From Kiloniellales bacterium (GTDB lineage Bacteria; Pseudomonadota; Alphaproteobacteria; Kiloniellales; JAKSBE01): 64,000 bases of DNA. The notes under the pieces were generated by a model. It was not told the origin of the DNA. It saw only the letters and a program-made list of their open reading frames with translations, and ran no database searches. Both the position numbers and the translations under genes were made by a program. This document shows positions 11,281 through 26,840 of this stretch, one piece after another; positions within the stretch are counted from its first letter, which is position 1; every line of letters begins with the position of its first letter. The stretch is taken from the NCBI GenBank assembly GCA_028282935.1, contig JANQGU010000036.1, positions 1,406-65,405 on the forward strand, given 5' to 3'.

Positions 11281-12099
11281 ATGGACGTGGCGAGTCCGAG
11301 CGGGTTGACGGGAGAAGGGGGCCACGACGCCCCCTTCTACCTGCCGCTCGGAGAGGAGCGGGCGGTCTTCGAAGCCGCCTTCCGGAACCGACTGCCCCTG
11401 CTGCTGAAGGGGCCCACCGGCTGCGGCAAGACCCGCTTCGTCAACCACATGGCGTCGCGCCTCGGCCGGCCAATCTACACGGTCGCCTGCCACGACGACC
11501 TCAGCGCCGCCGACCTCGTCGGCCGCTATCTCTTGAAGGGCGATGAAACGCTGTGGATCGACGGCCCGCTGACCCGGGCCGTGCGCCAGGGCGCGATCTG
11601 CTACCTCGACGAGGTGGTCGAGGCCCGCAAGGACGTCAGCGTGGTCCTGCACCCCCTGACCGACGATCGCCGCATCCTGCCCATCGACCGCACCGGCGAG
11701 ACCCTCGAGGCGCCGCCGGGCTTCATGCTGGTGGTCTCCTACAACCCGGGCTACCAGAACATTCTCAAGACCCTGAAGCCCTCGACGCGGCAGCGCTTCC
11801 TGGCGCTGGAGTTCGACTTTCCGCCGGAGGCGGCGGAGATCGAGATCGTCGCGGCCGAAAGCGGCCTGAGCCCCGACCGCGTGGCGCCGCTGGTCCGCCT
11901 CGGCGGCAAGCTCAGAGCCCTCAAGGGCCAGGACCTGGAGGAAGGGGTCTCGACCCGGCTTCTGGTCTATGCCGCGACCCTGATCCGCGACGGCATGGCG
12001 ATCGAGCGCGCCATCGAGGTCGCGCTGATCCAGCCCTTGAGCGACGATGACGAGGTGAAGCGCGGCCTGCGGGACCTGGTCGTCGCCGTCTACGGCTGA
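11281..12099 (+). CDS. norQ: NorQ/CbbQ-type MoxR AAA+ ATPase
   Basis: 272 aa; Walker A GPTGCGKT, Walker B CYLDEV; norCBQD order. Confidence 0.93.
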   Translation: MDVASPSGLTGEGGHDAPFYLPLGEERAVFEAAFRNRLPLLLKGPTGCGKTRFVNHMASRLGRPIYTVACHDDLSAADLVGRYLLKGDETLWIDGPLTRAVRQGAICYLDEVVEARKDVSVVLHPLTDDRRILPIDRTGETLEAPPGFMLVVSYNPGYQNILKTLKPSTRQRFLALEFDFPPEAAEIEIVAAESGLSPDRVAPLVRLGGKLRALKGQDLEEGVSTRLLVYAATLIRDGMAIERAIEVALIQPLSDDDEVKRGLRDLVVAVYG

Positions 12100-12142
12100 C
12101 CGCGGCCCCGGGACCTGGCCAAGCTGACATGGTTGAGCTGAC

Positions 12143-14095
12143 ATGGCCAAGCTGACCTTCAAGCCTTGGGAACCGGAAGAGGCCGTCGGCTCGCTATGGC
12201 ACGCCTTTCTCGAGCGGGACCAGGTTTCGGCGCCCGGCGAGGGCGTCGCCCTGGACGAGATGCTGGGCCGGCTCGCCATCCTCTTCCGCGGTCTCGGCGG
12301 TTCCGGCGCGGTCGAGATCAAGCCGGCCGCCGCCGCGCCGCGGCGCTCCCGGAGCGCCGCCGCAGCGGGCCGGGCCGGCGCAGAGTCGCTGTCGGGCCAG
12401 GCTGCCTTCGACGGCGAGACGCTGCGCTTGCCGCCGGTGATCGACTGGTCGCCGCGCCGCGCCCTCAACGAGGGCTCCTATCTCTGGCTGGCCGCCTGCT
12501 GCGCCCTGTCGCCGGCGCCGGAGCCCCTGCCCGCGGACCCGCTGAGGGCCGATATCGAGCGGCTGCGCCGGGTCCGCCGGCTGGCGGCCGTTGCCTTGGA
12601 GGTCTGTCCGGGGCTGACGGCGCTGCACCGGGACCTGGCGGCGGCCTGCCTGGCGATGCGCCCGCCGCCGGCCCGTCTTCCTGCGGAGGAAGCCGCGGTG
12701 GAGGCCGTCGTCCGGGGCCTGCTCGATCCCGACCGGCCGCCCGAGGGGGCTCTGGCGCGGCGCTACGCGGCGCTGGTCGAAGACGGAACGGCAGCGCTGG
12801 ACACCCTGGTCGCGCCGCGGCGCTACCGGCGCTTCCGGATGCCGCCGCTGTGGCCGGAGCGGAGCGCGCCGCGGCCGCGGCAAGCGCCGTCGGACCAGGA
12901 CGTCCACGAGGAGGAAGACGGCACGACCGGGGCCGAGAAGCAGGGGCTGTTTCGGGGCAAGCGGCGCCCGAGCGACCAGGCCGAGCGCAAGGACAGCCTG
13001 ATCCTGCATCGTTTCGAATCGATCCTGTCCTGGGCCGAGCTCCTGAACCTGAACCGCCGGGTCGAGGACGACGACGTCGAGGCGGCGAAGAAGGCGGTCG
13101 ACGATCACGATCACCTGTCCCTGACCCGGAACCTCGGGCCGGCGAAGACCAGGCTGAAGCTGCACCTCGACCTGGCGCCGGAGGACGTCGACCGCGAGCG
13201 CCTCTCGGGTGTCGAGCTCTATCCGGAATGGGACCACCGGCGCGGAAGCTACTGGCCGGAGCACTGCCGGGTCCTGACCGGCCAGCAGGAGACCGCCGGG
13301 CCGGCCGCCGCGCCCTTGGCCGACGCCGCCGCGCGGCGGCGGGTCCGGGCGGTGAAGCGGCAGTTCGAGGCCCTGAGGCCGCGGCGCGTGATCCTGCCCC
13401 GGCAGACCGAAGGCGACGACCTCGACATCGACGCGGCGGTGCGGGCCCGGGTCGACTTTCGCAGCAGCGGCGAGATCTCGGACCGGGTCTATCGGGCGAC
13501 CAGGACCGCCGAGCGGGACCTTGCCGTCGCGATCCTCTTCGACAGTTCTCGCTCCACCGAATCCGCGGTCGGCACCAGGAGCGTGATCGAGATCGCGCGG
13601 GAGGCCCTGGTCGCCTTCGCCTGGGGACTGGAGGCCTGCGGCGACGATGCGGCGATCTATGCCTTCTCCTCGCTCAAGCGGGACCGGGTCTACGTCCAGA
13701 GCTGCAAGGCCTTCGGCGAAGCGATGGGCGAGGAGGTGGAGGCCAGGATCGGCGCGCTGCAGCCGCGCTTCTACACGCGCCTGGGCGCCGCGGTGCGGCA
13801 TGTCTCGAAGCGCCTGCAGTCGCGATCGCGCAGCCGCCGCCTGCTCCTGATCCTGACCGACGGCAAGCCGAACGACCTCGATCACTACGAAGGCCGCTAT
13901 GGCGTGGAGGACAGTCGCAAGGCGATCCAGGAGGCCCGGCGCCTGGGCCAGAGCGTCTTCGCCGTGACCATCGATTCCAAGTCGCGCGAACTCTTCAGCA
14001 GGATCTTCGGTCCGGGCGGCTTCGCCGTCGTCGCCCGGCCCGACGGGCTGACCGACGCCCTGCCGCGGCTGTACCGTCACCTAGTCCAGGACTGA
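12143..14095 (+). CDS. norD: NorD, VWA-domain nitric oxide reductase activation protein
   Basis: 650 aa; C-terminal VWA/MIDAS AILFDSSRSTES; follows norQ. Confidence 0.9.
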   Translation: MAKLTFKPWEPEEAVGSLWHAFLERDQVSAPGEGVALDEMLGRLAILFRGLGGSGAVEIKPAAAAPRRSRSAAAAGRAGAESLSGQAAFDGETLRLPPVIDWSPRRALNEGSYLWLAACCALSPAPEPLPADPLRADIERLRRVRRLAAVALEVCPGLTALHRDLAAACLAMRPPPARLPAEEAAVEAVVRGLLDPDRPPEGALARRYAALVEDGTAALDTLVAPRRYRRFRMPPLWPERSAPRPRQAPSDQDVHEEEDGTTGAEKQGLFRGKRRPSDQAERKDSLILHRFESILSWAELLNLNRRVEDDDVEAAKKAVDDHDHLSLTRNLGPAKTRLKLHLDLAPEDVDRERLSGVELYPEWDHRRGSYWPEHCRVLTGQQETAGPAAAPLADAAARRRVRAVKRQFEALRPRRVILPRQTEGDDLDIDAAVRARVDFRSSGEISDRVYRATRTAERDLAVAILFDSSRSTESAVGTRSVIEIAREALVAFAWGLEACGDDAAIYAFSSLKRDRVYVQSCKAFGEAMGEEVEARIGALQPRFYTRLGAAVRHVSKRLQSRSRSRRLLLILTDGKPNDLDHYEGRYGVEDSRKAIQEARRLGQSVFAVTIDSKSRELFSRIFGPGGFAVVARPDGLTDALPRLYRHLVQD

Positions 14096-14105
14096 GCCGA
14101 GGCGT

Positions 14106-14816
14106 CTACTGCGCGCGGCTCCAGGCGAGGGCGCGGTCCTCCTCGACGTAGTCGCGCAGGGACTCGACGTCGCGGATCGCCGCCTGGTTGTGCGAGACGC
14201 TGACGCCCTGCTCCCTCAGCCGGCCGAAGGCCCGCGACAGGCTCTCCGGCTTCATCCCCAGGCGCCCGGCGATCAGCGACTTGTCGTAGGGCAGCGTGAT
14301 CGTGCAGGCGCCGCTGTCGACAGGGCAGAGGTCGACCAGGAACTCTGCCAGGCGCTGCGCGCCGGTGTGCGCCTTGAGCTGCTCGATCTGGCTGACCAGA
14401 CCATGCAGGTGCTGGAAGGAGGCCGACAACACCGCCAGGCAGAGCTCCGGCCGGGCCCGCATGCGCGACAGGATGGCCTGGGCGGGAATGGACAGCAGTT
14501 CGCAATCGGTGACCGCCTCGGCCGTGACCGGATAGGGCATGCCCGAAAAGACCGCGGCCTCGGCGAAGCTGCGACCCTGGGTAAAGACGCCGACCACGGC
14601 CTCGGTGCCGTTCGGCGTCATGCGGAACAGCTTCACCCAGCCCTGGATCACGATGAAGATGTAGTCGGCCGGGTCGCCTTGAAGGAAGATCGTCTCGCCC
14701 CGATCGAAGCCCCTGCAGATCGCGGATTGCAGAACCTCATCCGCCAGGTCTTGCGGCAGGCTTCTCAGAATCAGGGCCTCTTGGGCAGTCTCGGCCGCCA
14801 CGGGCTTCCCGTACAT
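14106..14816 (-). CDS. nnrR: Crp/Fnr family transcriptional regulator, Dnr/NnrR subclass
   Basis: 236 aa from ATG 14816 (GGGAG SD); cNMP-like sensor barrel plus HTH SLIAGRLGMKPESLSRAFGRLRE; no N-terminal Cys cluster; sits between nor and nir genes. Confidence 0.85.
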   Translation of the reverse strand: MYGKPVAAETAQEALILRSLPQDLADEVLQSAICRGFDRGETIFLQGDPADYIFIVIQGWVKLFRMTPNGTEAVVGVFTQGRSFAEAAVFSGMPYPVTAEAVTDCELLSIPAQAILSRMRARPELCLAVLSASFQHLHGLVSQIEQLKAHTGAQRLAEFLVDLCPVDSGACTITLPYDKSLIAGRLGMKPESLSRAFGRLREQGVSVSHNQAAIRDVESLRDYVEEDRALAWSRAQ

Positions 14817-14894
14817 GATGAACTCCCGGCTCCAAGGCTCTTGTTGATTGCTTGCAGACTGGCACAGCTTAGGCCGGAATCGCCACAAGGCTCA

Positions 14895-14908
14895 TTGATC
14901 GAGGTCAA
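14895..14908. promoter_or_regulatory. FNR/Dnr/NnrR-type box TTGATcgagGTCAA upstream of the regulator gene
   Basis: Read directly; centre ~85 bp upstream of ATG 14816 (autoregulation candidate). Confidence 0.7.
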
Positions 14909-14969
14909 TTTCCCCGGGAATGGCGTCCTTTTCCGGCAGGGCCGGGAGGCAGCGCCGTCTGGGCCGGGA

Positions 14970-18995
<4,026 letters not shown>

Positions 18996-18997
18996 GC

Positions 18998-19054
18998 GTG
19001 TCGAAGTGTGGATGGGCGGCCGGTCTCGACCGGTCGCCCGCTCCGCTTCGACAC
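18998..19054 (+). other. Intercistronic stem-loop between nirS and nirE
   Basis: Outer arms GTGTCGAAG (18998-19006) / CTTCGACAC (19046-19054) plus inner GC-rich pairing; followed by AAAAAA and the nirE SD, not a U-tract. Confidence 0.55.
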
Positions 19055-19072
19055 AAAAAAGGGAGGCTTCTG

Positions 19073-19852
<780 letters not shown>

Positions 19853-20170
19853 CGTCGCCGCGCTTGCCGCGTGCCTCGCCGTCCCGCTCGTCACCTGGGG
19901 CGCCGGCGCGGAGGACCTGCCCTCGGCCGAGCGGCAGGCGGCGCTGGCTTACCTGGTGCGCCAGGACTGCGGCTCCTGTCACGGCATGACCCTCAAGGGC
20001 GGGCTCGGACGCCCGCTGCTGCCGGAGGCCCTCGCCGGGGCCGAGGCGGAGGCCCTGGCCGAGGTCATTCTCGACGGGATCCCCGGCACCCCCATGCCGC
20101 CCTGGCGCGGCCAGCTCAGCGAGGCCGAGGCCCTGTGGATCGCCCGCGCCCTCAAGCAGGGAGACATCGA

Positions 20171-21370
20171 ATGAAGCGGCTGTCGATCCTCTTCGCGGCC
20201 TTTGTCCTCGCCGTGACGCCGCTGGCTGGCACCGAGGCCGGGGAACTGCGCGGCACCGGCGACCTCGGCATCGTCGTCGAGCGGGCCGGCGGCGCGCTGC
20301 AGGTCGTCGACACCAGCGCGCGGAGGTCGCTCGGCCGCGTCGAAGGCCTGGGCGACCTCTCGCACGCTTCGGCGGTCTTCTCGCCCGACCAGCGCTACGC
20401 CTACGTCTTCGGCCGCGACGGCGGCCTGACCAAGGTCGATCTGTTGACCCGCAGCATCGCCAAGCGCATCGTCCAGGCCGGCAACTCGATCGGCGGCGCG
20501 ATCTCGGACGACGGCCGCCTGATCGCCGTGTCCAACTACGAGCCCGGCGGGGTCCGGGTCTTCGACGCCGCGACCCTCGACCCGGTCGCCGACATCCCCG
20601 CCGATTACGGCGCCACAGGCCAGGGAACGGGGGGCGCCCGCTCCAAGACCGTGGGCCTGGTCGACGCGCCGGGCCGGCGCTTCGTCTTCACGCTCTACGA
20701 CGGCGGCGAGATCTGGACCGCCGACTTCTCCGGGGGCGACACGCCCCGGATCGCGAAGTACAAGGACGTCGGTGCCTTGCCCTACGATGCCCTGATCACC
20801 GGCGACGGCCGACACTACATCGCCGGCCTCTTCGGCGAGGACGGCCTGGCGCACCTCGATCTCTGGGCCGAGTCGCCCAAGGTCGAGCGGATCCTCGACG
20901 GCTACGGCCGGGGCGAGGAGAAGCTGCCGGTCTACAAGATGCCGCACCTGGAGGGCTGGGCGCGGGCCGGCGACCGCTTCATCCTGCCGGCGGTGGGCCG
21001 CCACGAGCTGCTGGCGGTCGACGCGACGAGTCTTCGGGAAGTCGGCCGCGTCCCGGTTCACGGCCAGCCGATCTTCGCGGTGGCGCGGCCCGACGGCCGT
21101 CAGGTCTGGGTCAACTTCGCCCATCCCCGCAACGACACGGTGCAGGTCGTCGACGTGCCGAGCCTGGAGGTGATCCACGCCTTCCAGCCGGGTCCGGCGG
21201 TGCTGCACCTGGAGTTCACGCCGCGCGGCCACGAGGTCTGGATCTCGGTCCGCGACGCCGACAAGGTCGAGGTCTACGACACCCGCAGCTTCGAGAAGCT
21301 GGCCGAGCTGCCGGTCGCCAAGCCCAGCGGCATCTTCTTCTCCGCCCGCGCCCAGCGGCTCGGCCTATGA
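20171..21370 (+). CDS. nirF: NirF, cd1-like beta-propeller heme d1 biogenesis protein
   Basis: 399 aa; ATGA overlap with nirC stop; signal peptide; NirS-d1-domain-like sequence without heme-c site. Confidence 0.9.
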   Translation: MKRLSILFAAFVLAVTPLAGTEAGELRGTGDLGIVVERAGGALQVVDTSARRSLGRVEGLGDLSHASAVFSPDQRYAYVFGRDGGLTKVDLLTRSIAKRIVQAGNSIGGAISDDGRLIAVSNYEPGGVRVFDAATLDPVADIPADYGATGQGTGGARSKTVGLVDAPGRRFVFTLYDGGEIWTADFSGGDTPRIAKYKDVGALPYDALITGDGRHYIAGLFGEDGLAHLDLWAESPKVERILDGYGRGEEKLPVYKMPHLEGWARAGDRFILPAVGRHELLAVDATSLREVGRVPVHGQPIFAVARPDGRQVWVNFAHPRNDTVQVVDVPSLEVIHAFQPGPAVLHLEFTPRGHEVWISVRDADKVEVYDTRSFEKLAELPVAKPSGIFFSARAQRLGL

Positions 21371-22371
21371 TCGAGACGCTGACCCCGCTGGAGCTGAAGC
21401 TGCTCGACCGCTGGCAGCGGGACTTCCCGCTGGAGTCCCGGCCTTTCGCGGTCCTGGCTTCGGCCCTCGAGGTGGAGGAGGCGACCGTGCTGGAGCGGCT
21501 CGCCGCCTTCCGGCGGCAGGGCCTGATCTCGCGGGTCGGTGCTGTGGTGCGGCCCAACACCGCGGGCGCCAGCACCCTGGCGGCCATGGCCGTGCCGCCG
21601 ACGCGCCTGGAGGCGGTGGCGGATCGGGTGAACGCCGAGCCCGCGGTCAACCACAACTACGAGCGCGAACACGAGCTCAATTTGTGGTTCGTCGTGGCCG
21701 CGGCCGACCCCGCGGCCGTGACGGAGACGCTGGCAGGCATCTCCCGGGACAGCGGCCTCGAGGTGCTCGACCTGCCTTTGGAGCGGGCCTATCACATCGA
21801 TCTGGGCTTCGGACTGGAGGGGAGGGGCCGGCCGAGGCGCAGCGGCGATGCGGGCCCCGAGGCGCCGGTCGTCTCGCCCGATGCGGCGGACCGCCGCCTG
21901 CTCTCGGCCATCGAGGATGGCCTGCCCCAGGTGCCGCGTCCCTTCGCCGAGGTCGCCCAGAGGCTCGGCTGGTCCGAGGCCGAGGTGCTCGACCGTCTGC
22001 GCCGGCTCTGCGCCGGCGGCGTCATTTCCCGCTTCGGCCTGGTGGTGCGGCACCGCAGCCTCGGCTACCGGGCCAACGCCATGGCGGTCTGGGACGTTCC
22101 CGACGACGGCGTCGACAGGGTCGCCGCGGACTTCGCCGGCCAGCCCTTCGTCACCCTCTGCTATCGCCGGCCGCGGCGGCGGCCGCGCTGGCCCTACAAC
22201 CTCTTCTGCATGATCCATGGCCGCGACCGGCTCACTGTGGAGGCGCAGATCGGCCGGCTGAACGAGGTCGCCGGGACACGGGAGCTGCCGCAGGCGGTCC
22301 TCTTCAGCCGCCGCTGCTTCAAGCAGCGTGGCGCCCGCTTCTCCGGCGAGACCAAGGAGGAAGCGGCATGA
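21367..22371 (+). CDS. nirD: Fused NirD-NirL siroheme decarboxylase subunits (tandem AsnC/Lrp-like modules)
   Basis: 334 aa with two repeated modules (LLDRWQRDFPL..., LLSAIEDGLPQ...); ATGA overlap with nirF. Confidence 0.88.
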   Translation: MIETLTPLELKLLDRWQRDFPLESRPFAVLASALEVEEATVLERLAAFRRQGLISRVGAVVRPNTAGASTLAAMAVPPTRLEAVADRVNAEPAVNHNYEREHELNLWFVVAAADPAAVTETLAGISRDSGLEVLDLPLERAYHIDLGFGLEGRGRPRRSGDAGPEAPVVSPDAADRRLLSAIEDGLPQVPRPFAEVAQRLGWSEAEVLDRLRRLCAGGVISRFGLVVRHRSLGYRANAMAVWDVPDDGVDRVAADFAGQPFVTLCYRRPRRRPRWPYNLFCMIHGRDRLTVEAQIGRLNEVAGTRELPQAVLFSRRCFKQRGARFSGETKEEAA

Positions 22372-22823
22372 GCGTGGAGCTCGACGGCCTGGACCGCCGG
22401 ATCGTCAACGGCCTGCAGGGCGGCTTCCCGCTCAGCGAGCGGCCCTATGCGGAGGCGGCCGAGGCCTTCGGCATCGCGGAGGACGAGCTGATCGCGCGTA
22501 TCGACCGGCTGGTCGAGACCGGCGCGCTGAGCCGCTTCGCGCCCCTGTTCAACGCCGAGCGCCTGGGCGGCGCGGTCTGCCTCTGCGGTATGGCCGTGCC
22601 GGCGGCGCGCTTCGATGCGGTCGCGGAGCAGGTCAACGCCCATTCCGAGGTCGCGCACAACTACGCCCGCGAGCACGCGCTCAGCATGTGGTTCGTGCTG
22701 GCGAGCGAGCGCCCCGAGCGCATCGAGGAGGTCGCGGCGGCGATCGAGGCCGAGACCGGCCTGACCGTCTACCGCCTGCCCAAGCTGGACGAGTACTACA
22801 TCGGCTTGAAGGTGGAGGTGTGA
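22368..22823 (+). CDS. nirG: NirG siroheme decarboxylase subunit
   Basis: 151 aa; ATGA overlap with nirDL; AsnC/Lrp-like, paralogous to neighbours. Confidence 0.87.
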   Translation: MSVELDGLDRRIVNGLQGGFPLSERPYAEAAEAFGIAEDELIARIDRLVETGALSRFAPLFNAERLGGAVCLCGMAVPAARFDAVAEQVNAHSEVAHNYAREHALSMWFVLASERPERIEEVAAAIEAETGLTVYRLPKLDEYYIGLKVEV

Positions 22824-22826
22824 GCC

Positions 22827-23303
22827 GTGCTGGATGACCTGGACCGCCGCATCATCGCCGCCACCCAGACGGGCCTGCCGCTGACGCCGCGGCCCTATCA
22901 CGCCCTGGCCGAGACGCTGGGCGTCCCGGCGCAGGAGGTGATGGACCGCCTGCGCGGGATGCAGGCGCGCGGCGTGGTGCGCCGCATTGGCGCGGTGCCC
23001 AACCATTACGCCCTGGGCTGGAGCGCCAACGGCATGAGCGTCTGGGACGTCGCCGACGCCCGGGTCGCGGACCTGGGGCCGCAGGTTGGCGCCCTGGACT
23101 TCGTCAGCCACTGCTATCGCCGGCCGCGGCACCTGCCGCTCTGGCCCTACAACCTCTTCGCCATGGTCCACGGCCGCGGCCGCGACGAGGTGGAAGATAA
23201 GGTGGCGCGGATCGCGGCCCTGCTGGGCCCGGCGTCGCGCGCTCACGAGGTGCTCTACAGCACCCGCATCCTGAAGAAGACCGGTCTGCGGATCGCGGCC
23301 TGA
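22827..23303 (+). CDS. nirH: NirH siroheme decarboxylase subunit
   Basis: 158 aa from GTG 22827; paralogous to NirD/L/G modules ([11 protein letters not shown]). Confidence 0.87.
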   Translation: MLDDLDRRIIAATQTGLPLTPRPYHALAETLGVPAQEVMDRLRGMQARGVVRRIGAVPNHYALGWSANGMSVWDVADARVADLGPQVGALDFVSHCYRRPRHLPLWPYNLFAMVHGRGRDEVEDKVARIAALLGPASRAHEVLYSTRILKKTGLRIAA

Positions 23304-23313
23304 GGAGAGACAG

Positions 23314-24525
23314 ATGTTCCGGCTGAGCCAGTTCATGCAGGAGATCGCGGCGCCGACCCCGCTGGGGCCGAAGCGCAACCCGCCGGGGCCGGTGGTGATC
23401 TGGAACCTGATCCGCCGCTGCAACCTGCTGTGCAAGCACTGCTACTCGATTTCCGGCGACGTCGACTTCCCGGGCGAGCTCTCGACCGAGCAGGTCTTCG
23501 GCGTGATGGACGACCTCAAGGCCTTCCGCGTGCCGGTCCTGATCCTCTCCGGCGGCGAGCCGCTGCTGCGTCCCGACATCTTCGAGATCTCCCGGCGGGC
23601 CAAGGACCTCGGCTTCTACGTCGGCCTCTCGTCCAACGGCACCCTGATCGACGAGGCCAACATCGGGCGCATCCGCGACATCGGCTACGACTACGTCGGC
23701 ATCTCGCTCGACGGCCTGGGCGAGACCCACGACCGCTTCCGCGGCCGCGACGGCGCCTTCGCCGACTCCCTGGCCGCGGTGCGGCTCTGCCGCGAACAGG
23801 GGATCAAGGTCGGCCTGCGCTTCACCATGACCCTGGACAACGCCCACCAGCTTCCGGCGCTGCTCGACCTGGCCGAGGCCGAAGGGGTCGACAAGTTCTA
23901 CCTCTCGCACCTGGTCTACGCCGGCCGCGGCAACAAGAACCGCGGCGACGACGCCCGCTGGCAGGTGACCCGCGACGCCATGGACCTGCTCTTCGAGCGG
24001 GCCTGGGCCGACGCAGAGGCCGGGCGCCACAAGGAATACGTCACCGGCAACAACGATGCCGACGGGGTCTACCTGCTGTTCTGGGTCCGGCGCCGCTTCC
24101 CCGATCTGGCCGCGCACATCGGCGCCAAGCTGGCCCAGTGGGGCGGCAACGCCTCGGGGGTCAACGTCGCCAACATCGACAACCTGGGCAACGTCCACCC
24201 CGATACCTTCTGGTGGCACTACAGCCTGGGCAACGTGAAGGAACGGCGCTTCTCGGAGATCTGGACCGACCTTTCCGACCCGATCCTGGCCGGCCTCAAG
24301 CAAAGGCCGCGCCGGGTCAAGGGCCGCTGCGGCGCCTGCCGGCACTTCGACATCTGCGGCGGCAACACCCGGGTCCGCGCCCTGCAGCTCACCGGCGATC
24401 CCTGGGCCGAGGACCCGGCCTGCTACCTGAGCGACGAGGAGATCGGCGTCGACCAGGGCGGCGAACGCCTGACCGTGACACCCTACAGGGGACGCAAGCA
24501 TGAAGCGCCTCGCCTGCGCGCTTAG
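23314..24525 (+). CDS. nirJ: NirJ radical SAM heme d1 biosynthesis enzyme
   Basis: 403 aa; CNLLCKHC radical-SAM cluster motif; C-terminal Cys-rich [12 protein letters not shown]. Confidence 0.92.
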   Translation: MFRLSQFMQEIAAPTPLGPKRNPPGPVVIWNLIRRCNLLCKHCYSISGDVDFPGELSTEQVFGVMDDLKAFRVPVLILSGGEPLLRPDIFEISRRAKDLGFYVGLSSNGTLIDEANIGRIRDIGYDYVGISLDGLGETHDRFRGRDGAFADSLAAVRLCREQGIKVGLRFTMTLDNAHQLPALLDLAEAEGVDKFYLSHLVYAGRGNKNRGDDARWQVTRDAMDLLFERAWADAEAGRHKEYVTGNNDADGVYLLFWVRRRFPDLAAHIGAKLAQWGGNASGVNVANIDNLGNVHPDTFWWHYSLGNVKERRFSEIWTDLSDPILAGLKQRPRRVKGRCGACRHFDICGGNTRVRALQLTGDPWAEDPACYLSDEEIGVDQGGERLTVTPYRGRKHEAPRLRA

Positions 24526-26062
24526 CCTCTTCCTGCCCCTGCTGGGCTGGAGCCCGCCGCTCGCGGCCGGTGAGCCGGGCAAGGCGCTCTACGCCACGCA
24601 TTGCGCGGCCTGCCACGGCGCCGAGCGCCTGGGTGGCAGCGGGCCGGCCCTGCTGCCGGAGAACCTGCGCCGGCTGAAGCGGGGCAAGGCGGCGGCGGTC
24701 ATCGCCGAGGGCCGGGCCGCGACCCAGATGCCGGCCTTCGCCGAGACCCTGGACGCGGCCGAGATCGAGTCCCTGGTCGCCCTGATCTACACGCCCCTGC
24801 CCGAGTTGCCGACCTGGGGCGCGGCCGAGATCGAAGCCAGCCGCAGCTTCGACGGCGCCTCCGCCGCCGTGGAAAAGCCGGTCTTCGAGGCCGATCCCCT
24901 GAACCTCTTCGTCGTGGTCGAGACCGGCGACCATCACGCGACGGTCCTGGACGGCGACCGCTTCGAGGCGCTGCATCGCTTCCCGACCCGCTTCGCCCTG
25001 CACGGCGGGCCCAAGTTCACGCCGGACGGCCGCCACGTCTTCTTCATGTCGCGCGACGGCTGGGTCACCAAGTTCGACCTCTACGCCCTGGCGACGGTCG
25101 CCGAGGTCCGCGCCGGGATCAACTCGCGCAACATCGCGATCTCGGAGGACGGCCGGCACATCGCGGTCGCCAACTACCTGCCACATACGCTCGTCCTGCT
25201 CAGCGCCGAGGACCTTTCGCTCGAGAAGGTCATCCCGGTCCTGGACCGCTGGGGCAAACCGTCGCGGGTCTCCGCGGTCTACCAGGCGCGGCCGCGCAAG
25301 AGCTTCGTCGCCGCGCTCAAGGACGTGCCCGAGATCTGGGAGATCGCCACCGATCCCGAGGCGCCACCGGTCTTCACCGGCCTGGTCCACTCCCACGAGA
25401 CCGGGATGAAGGAGGCCCTGGCCGCGGAGTCGGGCCTCTTCGCCCTGCGCCGGATCGAGGCGCCGGAGCCGCTGGACGACTTCTTCTTCACCCCGGACTA
25501 CCGCAACCTCATCGGCTCGGCCCGCGACGGCCAGAGCGCGGTGGTGGTCAACCTCAACGTCGGCCGCGACATCGCCCGGGTCGACCTGCCCGGCCTGCCG
25601 CACCTGGGCTCGGGCATCGCCTGGCGCTACCGCGGCCGGCCGGTCATGGCGACGCCGCACCTCAAGGAGGCCCGGCTCAGCGTCATCGACCTGGAGGACT
25701 GGTCGATCGTGAAGACCATCGAGACCAAGGGCCCGGGCTTCTTCCTGCGCAGTCACGAGAACACGCGCTACGCCTGGACCGACGTTTTCTTCGGGCCGCA
25801 CCGCGACCTGGTGCACGTGATCGACAAGCAGACCCTGGAGATCGCCAAGACCCTGCGGCCGGCGCCGGGCAAGACCGCGGCCCATGTCGAGTTCGACCGC
25901 GACGGCAGCCACGCCATCCTGTCGATCTGGGAGCAGGACGGCGCGATCGTGATCTACGACGCCGAGACCTTGGAGGAGGTCAAGCGCCTGCCGATGTCCA
26001 AGCCTTCGGGAAAGTACAATGTCTGGAACAAGATCACTTTCTCCGACGGCACCAGCCACTAG
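24500..26062 (+). CDS. nirN: NirN, cd1-type dihydro-heme d1 dehydrogenase
   Basis: 520 aa; signal peptide; CAACH heme-c site; NirS-like propeller. Confidence 0.9.
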   Translation: MKRLACALSLFLPLLGWSPPLAAGEPGKALYATHCAACHGAERLGGSGPALLPENLRRLKRGKAAAVIAEGRAATQMPAFAETLDAAEIESLVALIYTPLPELPTWGAAEIEASRSFDGASAAVEKPVFEADPLNLFVVVETGDHHATVLDGDRFEALHRFPTRFALHGGPKFTPDGRHVFFMSRDGWVTKFDLYALATVAEVRAGINSRNIAISEDGRHIAVANYLPHTLVLLSAEDLSLEKVIPVLDRWGKPSRVSAVYQARPRKSFVAALKDVPEIWEIATDPEAPPVFTGLVHSHETGMKEALAAESGLFALRRIEAPEPLDDFFFTPDYRNLIGSARDGQSAVVVNLNVGRDIARVDLPGLPHLGSGIAWRYRGRPVMATPHLKEARLSVIDLEDWSIVKTIETKGPGFFLRSHENTRYAWTDVFFGPHRDLVHVIDKQTLEIAKTLRPAPGKTAAHVEFDRDGSHAILSIWEQDGAIVIYDAETLEEVKRLPMSKPSGKYNVWNKITFSDGTSH

Positions 26063-26063
26063 G

Positions 26064-26840
26064 GTGCCGCTCGCCTCGACCGCGCTGCTGCTCTGCGCCC
26101 ACGGCAGCCCCGGCGGCGGCGAAGCCCTGGCCCGGCGTGCCGCGGCGCTCGGCCGCCGGCTGGGTTTCGCCGAGACCGCCGGCGCGCTGCTCTACGGCGA
26201 GCCGCGCCTGGAGGAGGCGGTCGCCGGCCTGACCAGCGCGCGGGTCTGCGTGGTCCCGCTGCTGCTCTCCGAGGGCACGACCTTCGCCGCGCTGGGCGAC
26301 CGCCTGCAGGATCTCGGCGGCGCCTCGCGCTTCGCCCTTTGCCGGCCCCTGGGGACGCATCCCTGGCTGGCGTCCGGCCTCCTGGCCGCCGCCGAGGCCG
26401 AGGCGCGCAGTGCGGGCTGGCCGACGCAGGACCTGGCCCTGGTGCTCGTCGGCCACGGCTCGCGCCGCAATCCCGCCTCGCGCGAAGCAACCCAGCGCCT
26501 GGCCCGGCAGGTCGGCCGTGCCGCCTGGCGGCTGCGGGTCGCCTGCGCCTTCCTGGAGGAGCCGCCGGCCCTGGACGCCGTCCTGGCCGCGGCGCCGGAG
26601 CGGCGGATCGTCGTCGCCGGCTGCTTTTCCGAGCAGGGCCGCCACGCTCGCGAGGACGTCCCGGCGCTGATCGCGGCCTCGGGCCGCCAGGTCCGCTACC
26701 TCGGGCCGATCGGCGCCGCCGACTGGACCGACACCCTGATCCTGGACTCGGCCGCGCGAGCCATGGTCATCTCCGGGGCCGGGGCCGGGCAGACGACGAG
26801 GCCGCAACAAGGGGAGGACGCATGTCTGGTCAGCCGATAG
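26064..26840 (+). CDS. cbiX: CbiX-type sirohydrochlorin chelatase (two-domain)
   Basis: GTG 26064 one nt after nirN stop; two halves each with catalytic-type HGS (LLCAHGS, LVGHGSR). Confidence 0.75.
   Translation: MPLASTALLLCAHGSPGGGEALARRAAALGRRLGFAETAGALLYGEPRLEEAVAGLTSARVCVVPLLLSEGTTFAALGDRLQDLGGASRFALCRPLGTHPWLASGLLAAAEAEARSAGWPTQDLALVLVGHGSRRNPASREATQRLARQVGRAAWRLRVACAFLEEPPALDAVLAAAPERRIVVAGCFSEQGRHAREDVPALIAASGRQVRYLGPIGAADWTDTLILDSAARAMVISGAGAGQTTRPQQGEDACLVSR

Noticed and set aside
12117-12157. Near-duplicate agctgacatgg motif around the norD start, creating an 8-codon out-of-frame mini-ORF (ATG 12129)
   Set aside because: A short local duplication with no SD of its own. The evidence is insufficient to call a regulatory uORF.
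10078-12468. 796-aa minus-strand ORF antisense to norB/norQ/norD
   Set aside because: Shadow ORF typical of high-GC DNA. Its Arg/Gly/Pro/Ala/Asp-rich low-complexity translation has no motifs, and it fully overlaps well-supported plus-strand genes.
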